Virus record (IMG/VR): IMGVR_UViG_3300033066_002300
Location: 1 to 64,000 of that record
Direction: 5' to 3' (one strand)
DNA from: a virus
Taxonomy: Duplodnaviria > Caudoviricetes
Length of the DNA: 64,000 nucleotides
Under the pieces are notes generated by a model. The model had not been told where the DNA came from. It searched no databases and worked only from the letters and a program-made list of their open reading frames with translations. The position numbers and the translations under genes are program-made. Numbering within the stretch: position 1 is the first letter of the stretch; every line of letters begins with the position of its first letter. Below, piece by piece: positions 37,309 to 46,786 of the stretch.

Positions 37309-37662
37309 TTAATGAAAACCAGGAGAAGCAATCAAATCCCAACAAATTAAATTATTAAGAATTATTTCTCTTATTCTTCTATCTTCTTCTAACTCTTTTT
37401 GTCGCTCTCTAATTGTATATTCTTCGCATCTTCTTTTTAAAAGACTGGCTCCGCCTAATAAATCGCTTAAAAAGAAGTAAATGTCTGGAATTTTTTTCTC
37501 GACATTTCTAACGGCTTTATTAACCGAACTAAGCTCGCTTAAATAGGGAGAAACAGTTTTATATCCTGTAATTATTTGTGAATGCTCAATAACTTTATTA
37601 CAGACATATTCTTGCCTAATTCTAAGCCTCCAATGTAATTTTATTGCCTTAATCAATTTCAT
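37309..37662 (-). CDS. hypothetical protein
   Basis: ORF in operon. Confidence 0.55.
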   Translation of the reverse strand: MKLIKAIKLHWRLRIRQEYVCNKVIEHSQIITGYKTVSPYLSELSSVNKAVRNVEKKIPDIYFFLSDLLGGASLLKRRCEEYTIRERQKELEEDRRIREIILNNLICWDLIASPGFH

Positions 37663-37937
37663 TATAATCCCATTTCATTTCCACAATCATCATATTTGAA
37701 CATTGTAATATACATACAATAATCAACATTTTTTTTTGTTGTAGTACCAATAGATACATTATTAAAAACAGTAGATAATTCCACAAGCCAATGTAATGAT
37801 ATACCTATATCTTCAGATGTTTTCTTATGAACTAATAATTGAATCATTGATAGTGTTTCTATAATTTCAATTCTTCCATGATGGTCAATAAACTCATCTA
37901 TTATTTTCTGCTGTTTTTCTGTCATTGTGGCAAACAA
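37662..37937 (-). CDS. hypothetical protein
   Basis: ORF in operon. Confidence 0.5.
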   Translation of the reverse strand: MFATMTEKQQKIIDEFIDHHGRIEIIETLSMIQLLVHKKTSEDIGISLHWLVELSTVFNNVSIGTTTKKNVDYCMYITMFKYDDCGNEMGL

Positions 37938-37966
37938 AAAAGGAGAGGCACTTTACCTCCCCTTTT
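37936..37966 (-). terminator. intrinsic terminator hairpin
   Basis: aaaaggagagg-N7-cctcccctttt. Confidence 0.55.
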
Positions 37967-37984
37967 ATTTAAAATTAATATCAA

Positions 37985-38704
37985 TTAGAAATTTGGTGCT
38001 GAGAAATTTCCTCCAGTAGATACAGTTGTAATAGAAGAAGAAATGAATGTAATCATTTTTCTAATTTCATCAGCTGTATGACCAACAGTAGCTAAACACT
38101 CAATTCCCATATCTTTTTGAGCAGCTTCAAACTCAGAAGCTTCATTACCGATACCAAATAATATAGAATTAAAGCTTGCAATATTTCTTTCTTCTTGTAA
38201 TAAATTCATGATTTTACCTTTAACAACTGCTGGGTCTCCATCTTCATTATTTTGACCATCAGTTAAGATGAACAATAAAGTTTTAGAATTAACACCTGCA
38301 TTTTCTAAAGATTCACGATAATCAAGAGCATTTTGTAATGCTACATCAGTAGCCTTATAAAGAGCTGTTGTACCTCCAATTCTTTGTGTAATATCAATTG
38401 GCTGAACTTCTGATAATGGTTTGAATCCATGTACAATATTAATATTGTTATTAAATTCAATCATTGATACGAAAATTTTATCAGCAGCATGAGATTTTTG
38501 CATACGGTCAACAAATTCATTAAAGGCCTTATTTAAATCTCCTGCATATCTATTTACAGAAGTTGAAGTATCAATTAAAAAAACAACATTGATTGTTTCT
38601 TCAACTTGTACATCATTTGGATTATAATTACCAAAATTGTAGTTATAGTCTACGTCAGTATTTAAACTACTTGTGTCTTGTGTGGTTGATGTGTCCTGTG
38701 ACAT
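37985..38704 (-). CDS. terY: TerY-like von Willebrand A domain protein
   Basis: MIDAS FLIDTSTSV, GGTTALY, ILTDG.NN, FGIG. Confidence 0.8.
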   Translation of the reverse strand: MSQDTSTTQDTSSLNTDVDYNYNFGNYNPNDVQVEETINVVFLIDTSTSVNRYAGDLNKAFNEFVDRMQKSHAADKIFVSMIEFNNNINIVHGFKPLSEVQPIDITQRIGGTTALYKATDVALQNALDYRESLENAGVNSKTLLFILTDGQNNEDGDPAVVKGKIMNLLQEERNIASFNSILFGIGNEASEFEAAQKDMGIECLATVGHTADEIRKMITFISSSITTVSTGGNFSAPNF

Positions 38705-38730
38705 AATTATATAAGTTTATTGGTTTCTAT

Positions 38731-39579
38731 TTATGCTACTGCATGTGATGGTGCTAACTTAACTTGAGTAGAAGTTGCAAATCTTACTCCTGCAGCTTTT
38801 GCTTTATCGTAAATAGGCTGAGCCAATTTTTCGAATGTTAAAGACGGATTGCTTGGGTCTGGCCCACCTGGAACACTTGACATACAGTCTTCTAAAACAA
38901 TGATTTTTTGAGCTAACTCTGGTTTAAACTCTAAAGCTTGAGCTAAAGTTGTAGCTACACAGTGAGATTTAGCTTGTCCTGCTAAATATACATTTTGATA
39001 CTCTGCTAAAGTTTTCAATAAGTTCATGTTTACTCCTGTTTCTGGGAACGCCGCAAGTGGAACTTGAGCTTGAAATGCTCCAAAGTGTTCTGTTAAAGGA
39101 TTTGTACCTTTAGTTACAAATTGACAATTTTTTCCTGTTCTTGAATATTGTCTAATTGCTTGAAACACTGTTTCTTCAATTGCTGCTCCTGGAGAACCAA
39201 TTAAGCAGTGGTGAGGCCAAATTACGTGAACGAATTTTCCTTCTGTTTCTAACGTTTTTAAATAGTCAATTACAATTTTTGGAGATACGAATTTCGCAAC
39301 CCATTTTCCATCTGTTACATCTTTAGCAGAAATAACTGTATATGGAGCTGGAGAATTTCCATCTTTATCTTTCCAAAAAGATGGATGAGCAATATCATTC
39401 TCAAGATGAGAATCTAATGTTGCGACCATATAATCAATATTATCAACATTGTCTAAAATAAACTTTGCAGTTCTTTGACAGTCTTCTACTGAACCTTGTA
39501 CAAATAAGGCTCCGTTTGGATTACAGAAATCGTGTTGTACATCAATAAGAAGTAAGGCGTTTTTTTTCTTGTTATTCAT
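38731..39579 (-). CDS. pncA: nicotinamidase / isochorismatase-family cysteine hydrolase
   Basis: IDVQHDFC..GAL.V, DSH, WP.HC..G, KG, AKSHCV. Confidence 0.85.
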   Translation of the reverse strand: MNNKKKNALLLIDVQHDFCNPNGALFVQGSVEDCQRTAKFILDNVDNIDYMVATLDSHLENDIAHPSFWKDKDGNSPAPYTVISAKDVTDGKWVAKFVSPKIVIDYLKTLETEGKFVHVIWPHHCLIGSPGAAIEETVFQAIRQYSRTGKNCQFVTKGTNPLTEHFGAFQAQVPLAAFPETGVNMNLLKTLAEYQNVYLAGQAKSHCVATTLAQALEFKPELAQKIIVLEDCMSSVPGGPDPSNPSLTFEKLAQPIYDKAKAAGVRFATSTQVKLAPSHAVA

Positions 39580-39582
39580 AAT

Positions 39583-40623
39583 TTATAGTTTTGATTGTTT
39601 AACTCTTTTTGATTTATTCTTTGAAACAAAGTTATCACTTTTTCTTAGACTTTCCAAATTTTCTTTATCTTTTTCTGATAAATTTTCTGGAAGTACAATA
39701 TTTGCAATAACCATTAAATGTCCAAACCCATTTCTACCAGATGGCATTCCTTTACCTTCAATTTTAAAAATTTTTCCTACAGGAGTTTTTTCAGGGACAT
39801 CAAATGTGACATTACCAGATAAGGTAGGAACTTCTACATTAACTCCAAACAGTGCATCTACAAATGAAAGTTCAAGATTATAAATTAAATTATCTCCATG
39901 TCTTTCTAAATCTTTATGTTTTACTTGCTGAACAACAATTACTAATGCTCCAGGAATTCCTTTAGGAGAATGTGAATCATGACCTCTTCCTGGAACTTCT
40001 CTTTCCCATCCATCATAAACTCCTGATGGAAATACAATTTCTAATTCTGTTTTTTCTAGCAATAGTCTATGGCCTTTACATTTTTCACACACTTCCATAA
40101 CAAATTCGCCACTTCCATTACAATGACCACATTGAGTTTCTATAGTTCTAAAAGGACCAAACTGAATATGTTGTCTGCCAGAGCCATGACATGATTGACA
40201 CTGACTAAAAGAGGTTCCATTTTTTGAGCCATTACCATTACAAGAATCACATTTACACTTTCTTTCAAATTGTATCTTTTTAGATACGCCAGAAAACATC
40301 TCCTCTAAAGTCAAAGGTACATATACTATTGCTACTTGACCAACGGCATTGTAAACTCTTTGATTAAAAAAAGCTTCTCTAAAAGCATCATGAATATTTT
40401 GAGCTTCAAAAGAATTACCTCTTGAGTCATATGCTGCTCTCTTGTCTGGTTTTGACAAAACCTCATAAGCTTCTGCTACTTCTTGAAATTTAGATTGTGC
40501 AGCTTCATCATTTGGGTTTTTATCAGGATGATATTTTTTAGAAAGATTTCTAAAAGCTTTTTTAATTTCTTCTTCAGTAGCTGTTTTTTCTACTCCTAAT
40601 ATTGCATAATAATCTTTTGACAT
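39583..40623 (-). CDS. dnaJ: DnaJ chaperone
   Basis: J domain HPDKN; four CxxCxGxG repeats. Confidence 0.95.
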   Translation of the reverse strand: MSKDYYAILGVEKTATEEEIKKAFRNLSKKYHPDKNPNDEAAQSKFQEVAEAYEVLSKPDKRAAYDSRGNSFEAQNIHDAFREAFFNQRVYNAVGQVAIVYVPLTLEEMFSGVSKKIQFERKCKCDSCNGNGSKNGTSFSQCQSCHGSGRQHIQFGPFRTIETQCGHCNGSGEFVMEVCEKCKGHRLLLEKTELEIVFPSGVYDGWEREVPGRGHDSHSPKGIPGALVIVVQQVKHKDLERHGDNLIYNLELSFVDALFGVNVEVPTLSGNVTFDVPEKTPVGKIFKIEGKGMPSGRNGFGHLMVIANIVLPENLSEKDKENLESLRKSDNFVSKNKSKRVKQSKL

Positions 40624-40626
40624 TTT

Positions 40627-41319
40627 TTATTTTCTATTTTTAAACTTAATATTAATTGTTTCTACAAATAACGAAAATGCTATTGCCATATAAATGTAAC
40701 CTTTTGGCACTTCTATATGAACGGCATCTAATATTAAAAACAAACCAATCATCATTATAAATGAAAGAGCAAGTACCTTAAGGGATTTATGTTTGTCTAA
40801 AAATACACCGATTTTTTTTGCAAAAACCAACATAACTAAAGAAGAGATTATTATTGATAATATCATCACCATCATATCTTTGCTCAAGCCTACAGCAGTT
40901 AAAATAGAATCAAATGAAAATATGATATTTATAAAGCACATTTCAAGTATAACTCCAATAAATGTAGCCTTCTTTTTAGCTTCTTTAGTAACTTGACCTG
41001 TTTCTGTATGAGAAAACATTTCCATAGTACTCTTATACATTAAAAACAATCCACCTCCAAATAGTATTAAATCTTTTATTGACATTTCAATCCCCTCTAT
41101 TGAAAATAAAGGGATTTCTAATCTTAATAGTAAACTAATACAGAATAAAAAACCAATTCGTATAATTACTGAAAAAATCATACCTATATTAATAGATTTT
41201 TTTCGTTCTTCTCCTGGAAGTTTATCTGCAGCAATTAACATAAAAATCACGTTGTCAATTCCTAAGATTATTTCTAAGAATGTTAAGGTCAAAAAACCTA
41301 ATATTAAACTTGTGCTCAT
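40627..41319 (-). CDS. terC: TerC family membrane protein
   Basis: LEIILGIDN, FSFDSILTAVG, PKGYIY.AIAFS..VE. Confidence 0.92.
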   Translation of the reverse strand: MSTSLILGFLTLTFLEIILGIDNVIFMLIAADKLPGEERKKSINIGMIFSVIIRIGFLFCISLLLRLEIPLFSIEGIEMSIKDLILFGGGLFLMYKSTMEMFSHTETGQVTKEAKKKATFIGVILEMCFINIIFSFDSILTAVGLSKDMMVMILSIIISSLVMLVFAKKIGVFLDKHKSLKVLALSFIMMIGLFLILDAVHIEVPKGYIYMAIAFSLFVETINIKFKNRK

Positions 41320-41323
41320 ACTT

Positions 41324-42721
41324 TTAAAAAAAATTATAAAATTTTTGGTCTTCTTTTTTATTCGTTAAACTTTGTTCTGATTTTATTTTTATACGCCCAT
41401 GAGGTAATACATATATTCCTGTTAATTTGCCCCCGCTTGCGCATCCTGTATCAATTGCTATTTTATTTTTAAATCTTGATACTTCTGAAGTAACAATATG
41501 TCCAAATATATGTAATCTTTGTACATCACTTGATTGTTTTTTCATAAATTCAAGTATTTCATCAAATTCATAAATAAATTGAGCAAAACTATCAAAATCA
41601 CGTGTTTTAGGATATTTAAAATCCCTCATGCTTCTTAGTGCTGTAGCGCTAAGTTTGCCGATAAATTTATCATCACATGGAGCATGAGTTACTAAAAAAT
41701 CTCTATGAACATAAAACTCTCTCATAGATTCTACAACAGAAAAGAATTTATTTCTTAATTCTTCATTAGCTTTGAATAAATCAATAGATTGAAAATACTC
41801 TTTTTTCATTATATCAGAGATAGATGTCCCTGGCAATAAGTTTTTCAATACACGATAAACAAAACTCTCATGATTTCCTATTGTCATAATAAACACTCCA
41901 ATGTTTGCATATGCAATTTCAATTACCTTAGCTATATCTCTACCTTTATCTACTAAATCTCCAACAAGTAAAATTTTTTTACCATTAGGATGTGTAACCT
42001 TCAAGTCTGAATCTATTATAAAACCTTCACCTTTTATAAGGCTAATAAATTCATCATAACAACCGTGTATATCTCCAATTATAAAATAATCCGAACAGTC
42101 TCCTTCTAAAATAGATTGCTGATATTTATTAATATCTGTTACTTCTACTTTTATCCCATAAAAACTATTGTATTCAAAAATATTATAAATTGAATCATAT
42201 AATTTTGTAGGCATACCTCCTGATGTTACTCTTTTCATCGCTTTTAACTGAAAAGGCAGAGGATTTTTATATTCCAATCTATTATCAAAATCAAAAGTAA
42301 TAGCTGAAATTTTATAATGCACTTCTTCCGCTAAGACAATTACTTTTTCCCTAAACTCTGGATTTAAAGAATTATAATCTATAATAATAAAATCAGAGCC
42401 AATAGAGTAAGATGCTAATGCTTTTATTTTAGCAAATAAAAGTTCTTCAGCTTTATCTTTAACACGCTCAAAGTCCAATGAATCTTTTTCTATAGCATAG
42501 CCTCCTAATAATTCAAAAGCTATATTATCATAAGATATAATTGGAGTTTTTATTCTTTTTTTTGAGCCAAGACAAGATTCTCTTAATTTATTTGCGAGAA
42601 ACTGAGAAAACAAACTTTTTGAAGCACCATCAGGCCCAACTAACATAATAATAGTATGAAGTTCAAAAGATAAGTCTTGACTTTCTTTTGTTTTTTTCAT
42701 TGTTTGTTTCGTTTCTTCCAC
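41324..42721 (-). CDS. Pnkp-like kinase (degenerate P-loop) + metallophosphoesterase fusion
   Basis: LVGPDGASKS; IGDIHGC, VGDLVDKG, GNHE, FGH, IDTGC..GG.LT. Confidence 0.8.
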   Translation of the reverse strand: MEETKQTMKKTKESQDLSFELHTIIMLVGPDGASKSLFSQFLANKLRESCLGSKKRIKTPIISYDNIAFELLGGYAIEKDSLDFERVKDKAEELLFAKIKALASYSIGSDFIIIDYNSLNPEFREKVIVLAEEVHYKISAITFDFDNRLEYKNPLPFQLKAMKRVTSGGMPTKLYDSIYNIFEYNSFYGIKVEVTDINKYQQSILEGDCSDYFIIGDIHGCYDEFISLIKGEGFIIDSDLKVTHPNGKKILLVGDLVDKGRDIAKVIEIAYANIGVFIMTIGNHESFVYRVLKNLLPGTSISDIMKKEYFQSIDLFKANEELRNKFFSVVESMREFYVHRDFLVTHAPCDDKFIGKLSATALRSMRDFKYPKTRDFDSFAQFIYEFDEILEFMKKQSSDVQRLHIFGHIVTSEVSRFKNKIAIDTGCASGGKLTGIYVLPHGRIKIKSEQSLTNKKEDQKFYNFF

Positions 42722-42727
42722 ATTAAA

Positions 42728-42756
42728 TTATACGAATAATTTAAAAAAAAGTTTCT
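42728..42756 (-). promoter_or_regulatory. ECF-sigma-like promoter AGAAAC-N16-CGTATAA
   Basis: exact spacing. Confidence 0.72.
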
Positions 42757-43100
42757 TATTTTTCTAATTCTTTAAAAATAACTTGTCCATCATTCTCTGT
42801 ATAAACGATAACAGTATCTTTAAATAAAGTAGACTTAGGACTTAAACCTTCTGGAATAATACCATATTTAATCTTATCTGAATCAGTAATTTCTCTTAAG
42901 TGTTTTAAAACTTTTTTTACTTTAGCCTCAGATAAATTAAATCCTACTTTACAAGCAGTCATTAAACTATTAATAACTTCTATTTTACCTTTTATAGTAT
43001 CAGTTTGTTTTTTAGCTTGTAATTCTGCTTTTTCTTTTTGCAATTCGACCCATCTCTTTTCAGTGGCAGAACTTTTGAATGTTGTTGTTTTTGTTGACAT
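42756..43100 (-). CDS. hypothetical protein
   Basis: ORF in operon. Confidence 0.6.
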   Translation of the reverse strand: MSTKTTTFKSSATEKRWVELQKEKAELQAKKQTDTIKGKIEVINSLMTACKVGFNLSEAKVKKVLKHLREITDSDKIKYGIIPEGLSPKSTLFKDTVIVYTENDGQVIFKELEK

Positions 43101-43101
43101 A

Positions 43102-43650
43102 TTAGAACATTGTTTTTAAGATACGTGCTATATTTTTTGCATCATCTATTCCACGATGCGGAGTTCCTTCGAACTCTAGCCTTAAATAGTTTAAGGCTGT
43201 AGATACACCTAAATCACTTTTTAAGCTATGTTTTAATGTAAATAAAGGTTTGAGATTATAGTGGTCTCTTCCCATCGGATAATCAACTTTATTTAATTTA
43301 CAATCTTTTTCAATTTGAAGTAAGTCATATTTACCCCAACTTGCCCATAATCTTCTGTCTGATTTAAATTTGGTTTTAAGTATTTTACAAGCTTCTTCAA
43401 AGCTAACTCCTTTTTCATCAACCATTTCTTGTGTTATAGTTGTAAGCTCTGTGCAAAACTCACTAATTGTTGAAGTTTGAGGTTTTACAATAATAGAATC
43501 AGTTTCAATAACTTCCTTTGTAGTAAAATCTACAACTGCTATACCAATTTCTATAATCTCACTTACCATACCCTCAGGAGGATTACCTCTCCAACATGTA
43601 GCCTCTAAATCTATAACTAAAATTGCATCTCTTATTTGATTTTTTCCCAT
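43102..43650 (-). CDS. DEDDh 3'-5' exonuclease (ERI-1/KapD-like)
   Basis: IDLEATCW, EIIEIG, CTELT.I, WG.YD, HRGIDDA.N. Confidence 0.9.
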   Translation of the reverse strand: MGKNQIRDAILVIDLEATCWRGNPPEGMVSEIIEIGIAVVDFTTKEVIETDSIIVKPQTSTISEFCTELTTITQEMVDEKGVSFEEACKILKTKFKSDRRLWASWGKYDLLQIEKDCKLNKVDYPMGRDHYNLKPLFTLKHSLKSDLGVSTALNYLRLEFEGTPHRGIDDAKNIARILKTMF

Positions 43651-43685
43651 AAATTATTTTTTATAGGACAAAGATACAAAAAAAA

Positions 43686-44225
43686 TTAGAAAGTTATATA
43701 TTTTTTTGGAACAATATCAGTTAAATATACTCCATTTTCTGAAATATAAAATTTAAAACCTTCATCTTGCATTTTCATTGCATCAATTTTTAATAAAATA
43801 GGTTTTCCTCTTCTTGCTCCTACTATGGTTGCTGTTTCAATGTCTTTACTTAAATGTACATGATGACGTTTCATTGGTTTTAAACCAACTTTCTTTATTC
43901 CTTCAATTGCTTCTTTAACTGTTCCATGATATAAAACTGGAGGAGCCGCTATTTCTTTAAATGTCAATTCTACTTCTGTAGTATGACCTTGATTAGCTCT
44001 AATTTGTGAGCCATCTTCAGAAATAGCAAATCTCTGTTTATCTGAATCCACAACAACTTGTTTAAGGTCATCAATAGTAAATTCTATTTCTGTTTTAGCT
44101 TTCTCTATAAGAACACTTATATCTGTCCAGCCATTTTTGTCTAATATAATGCCTATCTTTTCTGGTTTATGTCTTAGCCAATATGATAAAGCTTTGCTAA
44201 GTTTTACTTGTTTATCTTTTTCCAT
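43686..44225 (-). CDS. kptA: RNA 2'-phosphotransferase KptA/Tpt1
   Basis: LSY.LRH.P, DKQRF, IRANQGH, LYHGT, RHHVHLS, N.VYLT. Confidence 0.95.
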   Translation of the reverse strand: MEKDKQVKLSKALSYWLRHKPEKIGIILDKNGWTDISVLIEKAKTEIEFTIDDLKQVVVDSDKQRFAISEDGSQIRANQGHTTEVELTFKEIAAPPVLYHGTVKEAIEGIKKVGLKPMKRHHVHLSKDIETATIVGARRGKPILLKIDAMKMQDEGFKFYISENGVYLTDIVPKKYITF

Positions 44226-44226
44226 T

Positions 44227-45051
44227 TTAATTTTTTAAAAATTGTTCATTTTCTTTTTCATATTTTTTTAAAGGCAAATCATTCGGGTCATTTGCAAAAG
44301 GATTTTCAATCTCACTTGAAATAATTTCTATTCCTCCAATGATAAAAAACAACATCATTACAAGAAAAACTGAAAATACTCCCAACTCAAAAAATAAGCC
44401 AAAAGGTAATGATAATAAGTAAATAAAAACAGATAGTTTAACATGTAAAGCATAAGAAGTTGGTATTGGAGTATTTTTTATCCTTTCTAAAGAACAAAAA
44501 TATTCAATAAACTCAGAAACTTTCTTTTCTAAGTTACCATAATTTGGACTGGCATTATATTCTTCAAAAAATAAATCACCTATTTTTTCACAATGTTTAA
44601 GAAACCTTTCTTTATGAAATAAACTATCTTTTTCATTTTCAGACGCAACATATCCAAATACACTTGAATTTATTCTCCTAAGAGAATGCAATAATTCAGT
44701 TCTCTTTGTGATGTTTTTAGTTTTAATTTTAATATATAATAAATTTGAATGAAATGATGAGAATAACTTTCTAGCCTCCCACCATCTGTCATAAGATGTA
44801 TTTGTTCTAAAAACCAATAATAAACCAATAACCATACCAACTAAACTATGTAAATTACTTGGTATAGTTTGCTTAGTTAAACCCGCATATTTTGTTAACT
44901 CATACACTAAAAGCATAATCAATCCAGTGATTAATGTTCTTCTTAATAAGTTATATAAATATAACTTTGGTTGAGTAAATAATAAAAGAAACCACCCATT
45001 AGGTGATTCCTTTGATTTAAGCCATTCTATATATTTATTTTTATCGAACAT
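44227..45051 (-). CDS. bestrophin-family ion channel
   Basis: LLVFRTNTSYDRWWEAR, ERI..TP.P..Y, EIENPF..D.NDLP. Confidence 0.92.
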   Translation of the reverse strand: MFDKNKYIEWLKSKESPNGWFLLLFTQPKLYLYNLLRRTLITGLIMLLVYELTKYAGLTKQTIPSNLHSLVGMVIGLLLVFRTNTSYDRWWEARKLFSSFHSNLLYIKIKTKNITKRTELLHSLRRINSSVFGYVASENEKDSLFHKERFLKHCEKIGDLFFEEYNASPNYGNLEKKVSEFIEYFCSLERIKNTPIPTSYALHVKLSVFIYLLSLPFGLFFELGVFSVFLVMMLFFIIGGIEIISSEIENPFANDPNDLPLKKYEKENEQFLKN

Positions 45052-45604
45052 TGTTTTCTTTTAATTTCTTAACAACATCTTTTACAACTTGTTTTCTGGA
45101 TTTTTTACCTATGCCAATTAATGTTTCATATGGTATTTCATTTTCATGTAAAAAATCCTTTACTCGTTTATCAACTTTTTTGGCGCCTTTTAAATCTTGA
45201 TAGCGGCCTTCTTTTTCATAAGGAATAGAAGGGTCTCTTTCAATATAATACATTAAATTTGTATAAGAATTATATTCTTTAAGTATTAAAGCTTTTAAGT
45301 GAGGACATTCTGATTTATCATAAATTGCTGATAGCAAAATAGGAGAATCAGTAATAATAACATCAACTTCATCTTTCATGGTAAATAATTGAAATTGTTG
45401 TTTACCAAATATATAAATTTGACTTTGAATTACTTTTAAAGCTTGTTCTCTAAGCTTTTTCTTAATATACTCAGCAGAAATATCACAAGAATAAAATTTA
45501 CGTTTTATTTTAGCTACTAATTCGTGAGTAATAATTGATTTGCCGACACCAGGACCTCCAATTAAATTTACAACAATGGCTTCTTTCTTTTTAACTTTTT
45601 TCAT
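45041..45604 (-). CDS. P-loop kinase/ATPase (NadR/AAA_28-like)
   Basis: NLIGGPGVGKS, ITDSPILL, GRYQ. Confidence 0.75.
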   Translation of the reverse strand: MKKVKKKEAIVVNLIGGPGVGKSIITHELVAKIKRKFYSCDISAEYIKKKLREQALKVIQSQIYIFGKQQFQLFTMKDEVDVIITDSPILLSAIYDKSECPHLKALILKEYNSYTNLMYYIERDPSIPYEKEGRYQDLKGAKKVDKRVKDFLHENEIPYETLIGIGKKSRKQVVKDVVKKLKENNVR

Positions 45605-45607
45605 AAT

Positions 45608-46030
45608 TTATTTCTTTTTTTTATTTATTAAATCTCTTATTTCTGCAGCTTTTTCATAGGCTTCTTCTGCAACTGCCTTTTCTCTCAAAATATGTAAATC
45701 TTCTATTTTTATATTAGATTTATCTTCTGATATCTTTTTAAGCATCTCAATTTGAGAGCTTGGTAAAACTGCAGAAATAGCAGATAAGTCATAAGTTGTT
45801 CCGATATCAATTAAAATATAAGGAACTTTATATCTTTTTATTTTTCCTTCTATTGTTTCAGAAGAATATTTAGTAGAAAATACAATCGCTTGTTCTCCAA
45901 GATATTCTAATTCTTGTGAAAACTTAGAAAAAATAAAAGCCTTAAGAGTAGCAATTAAAGCCTTATTTTTTTCATTGGTCTCATCACTACATATAATAAA
46001 AAGAAACGTTTTTTTATTAGTAGTGGTCAT
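45608..46030 (-). CDS. protein with C-terminal UvrB/C motif
   Basis: AVAEEAYEKAAEIRDLI. Confidence 0.65.
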   Translation of the reverse strand: MTTTNKKTFLFIICSDETNEKNKALIATLKAFIFSKFSQELEYLGEQAIVFSTKYSSETIEGKIKRYKVPYILIDIGTTYDLSAISAVLPSSQIEMLKKISEDKSNIKIEDLHILREKAVAEEAYEKAAEIRDLINKKKK

Positions 46031-46784
46031 AAACGTATTGTCCTTTTTCTGTTAATTCTTTTATTTTAATATCTTTTGCGAGATTTAAATTACTAAATTC
46101 AGGCATACCAGTAAGTTCTATTAAAATAAGTTCTTGTAACTCTTTTGGAGTAGAATATGTAAAATCTATACTTGGTAGTTCTACTTCCATAGTAATAATT
46201 CTTAAACCTTGATAAACATCAATTTCAAACTTTAAGCCTTTAAACTCAATTACAAAGCGTGTTTTTTCAATTAACTTATAATCTTGTTTTTTGTCAATTA
46301 CATTGTTTTTTATCGCTTCAAAATCTTCTCTTTTTATTTCAACTTCTCCTTCGGCGCAAACACCTGCACTTATATATTTTTTTATAGTTTTATGAAATTT
46401 AATACCTTTTGCATCAGTAGATACTCTGTATCTTTCCCAAACTCCATCATTAAGAAAATAATATTGTTCAATATTAATTAATGTGTGTTTTTTCTTCTTT
46501 AAATATAGTATGGGCAAATTCTTTAGTAAGAATTTTCTCTCTATTTCTAATTTAAAATCAATAGGTTTTTCTACTTCTTTTTTAATTTCAGAATTTTCTA
46601 AATTTTGTGTCTGAATTGGCTCTGCCTCTGTGTTTTGTGTTTTTATATCCATAATTTTATCTCTATATTTTTGGTACTCATCATCATTTTGTATTGGATG
46701 TCCGAAGTATTCTTCCATCAATAAAAATTCTTCCATTGTTGGGAGTTCTTCTAACTCAAATTCTTCTATTCTATTAGAATTCAT
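46017..46784 (-). CDS. CYTH-domain triphosphate tunnel enzyme
   Basis: EIERKFL, I.Q.Y, KTRF, EIDVY, EVEL. Confidence 0.85.
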   Translation of the reverse strand: MNSNRIEEFELEELPTMEEFLLMEEYFGHPIQNDDEYQKYRDKIMDIKTQNTEAEPIQTQNLENSEIKKEVEKPIDFKLEIERKFLLKNLPILYLKKKKHTLINIEQYYFLNDGVWERYRVSTDAKGIKFHKTIKKYISAGVCAEGEVEIKREDFEAIKNNVIDKKQDYKLIEKTRFVIEFKGLKFEIDVYQGLRIITMEVELPSIDFTYSTPKELQELILIELTGMPEFSNLNLAKDIKIKELTEKGQYVYDHY

Positions 46785-46786
46785 TC

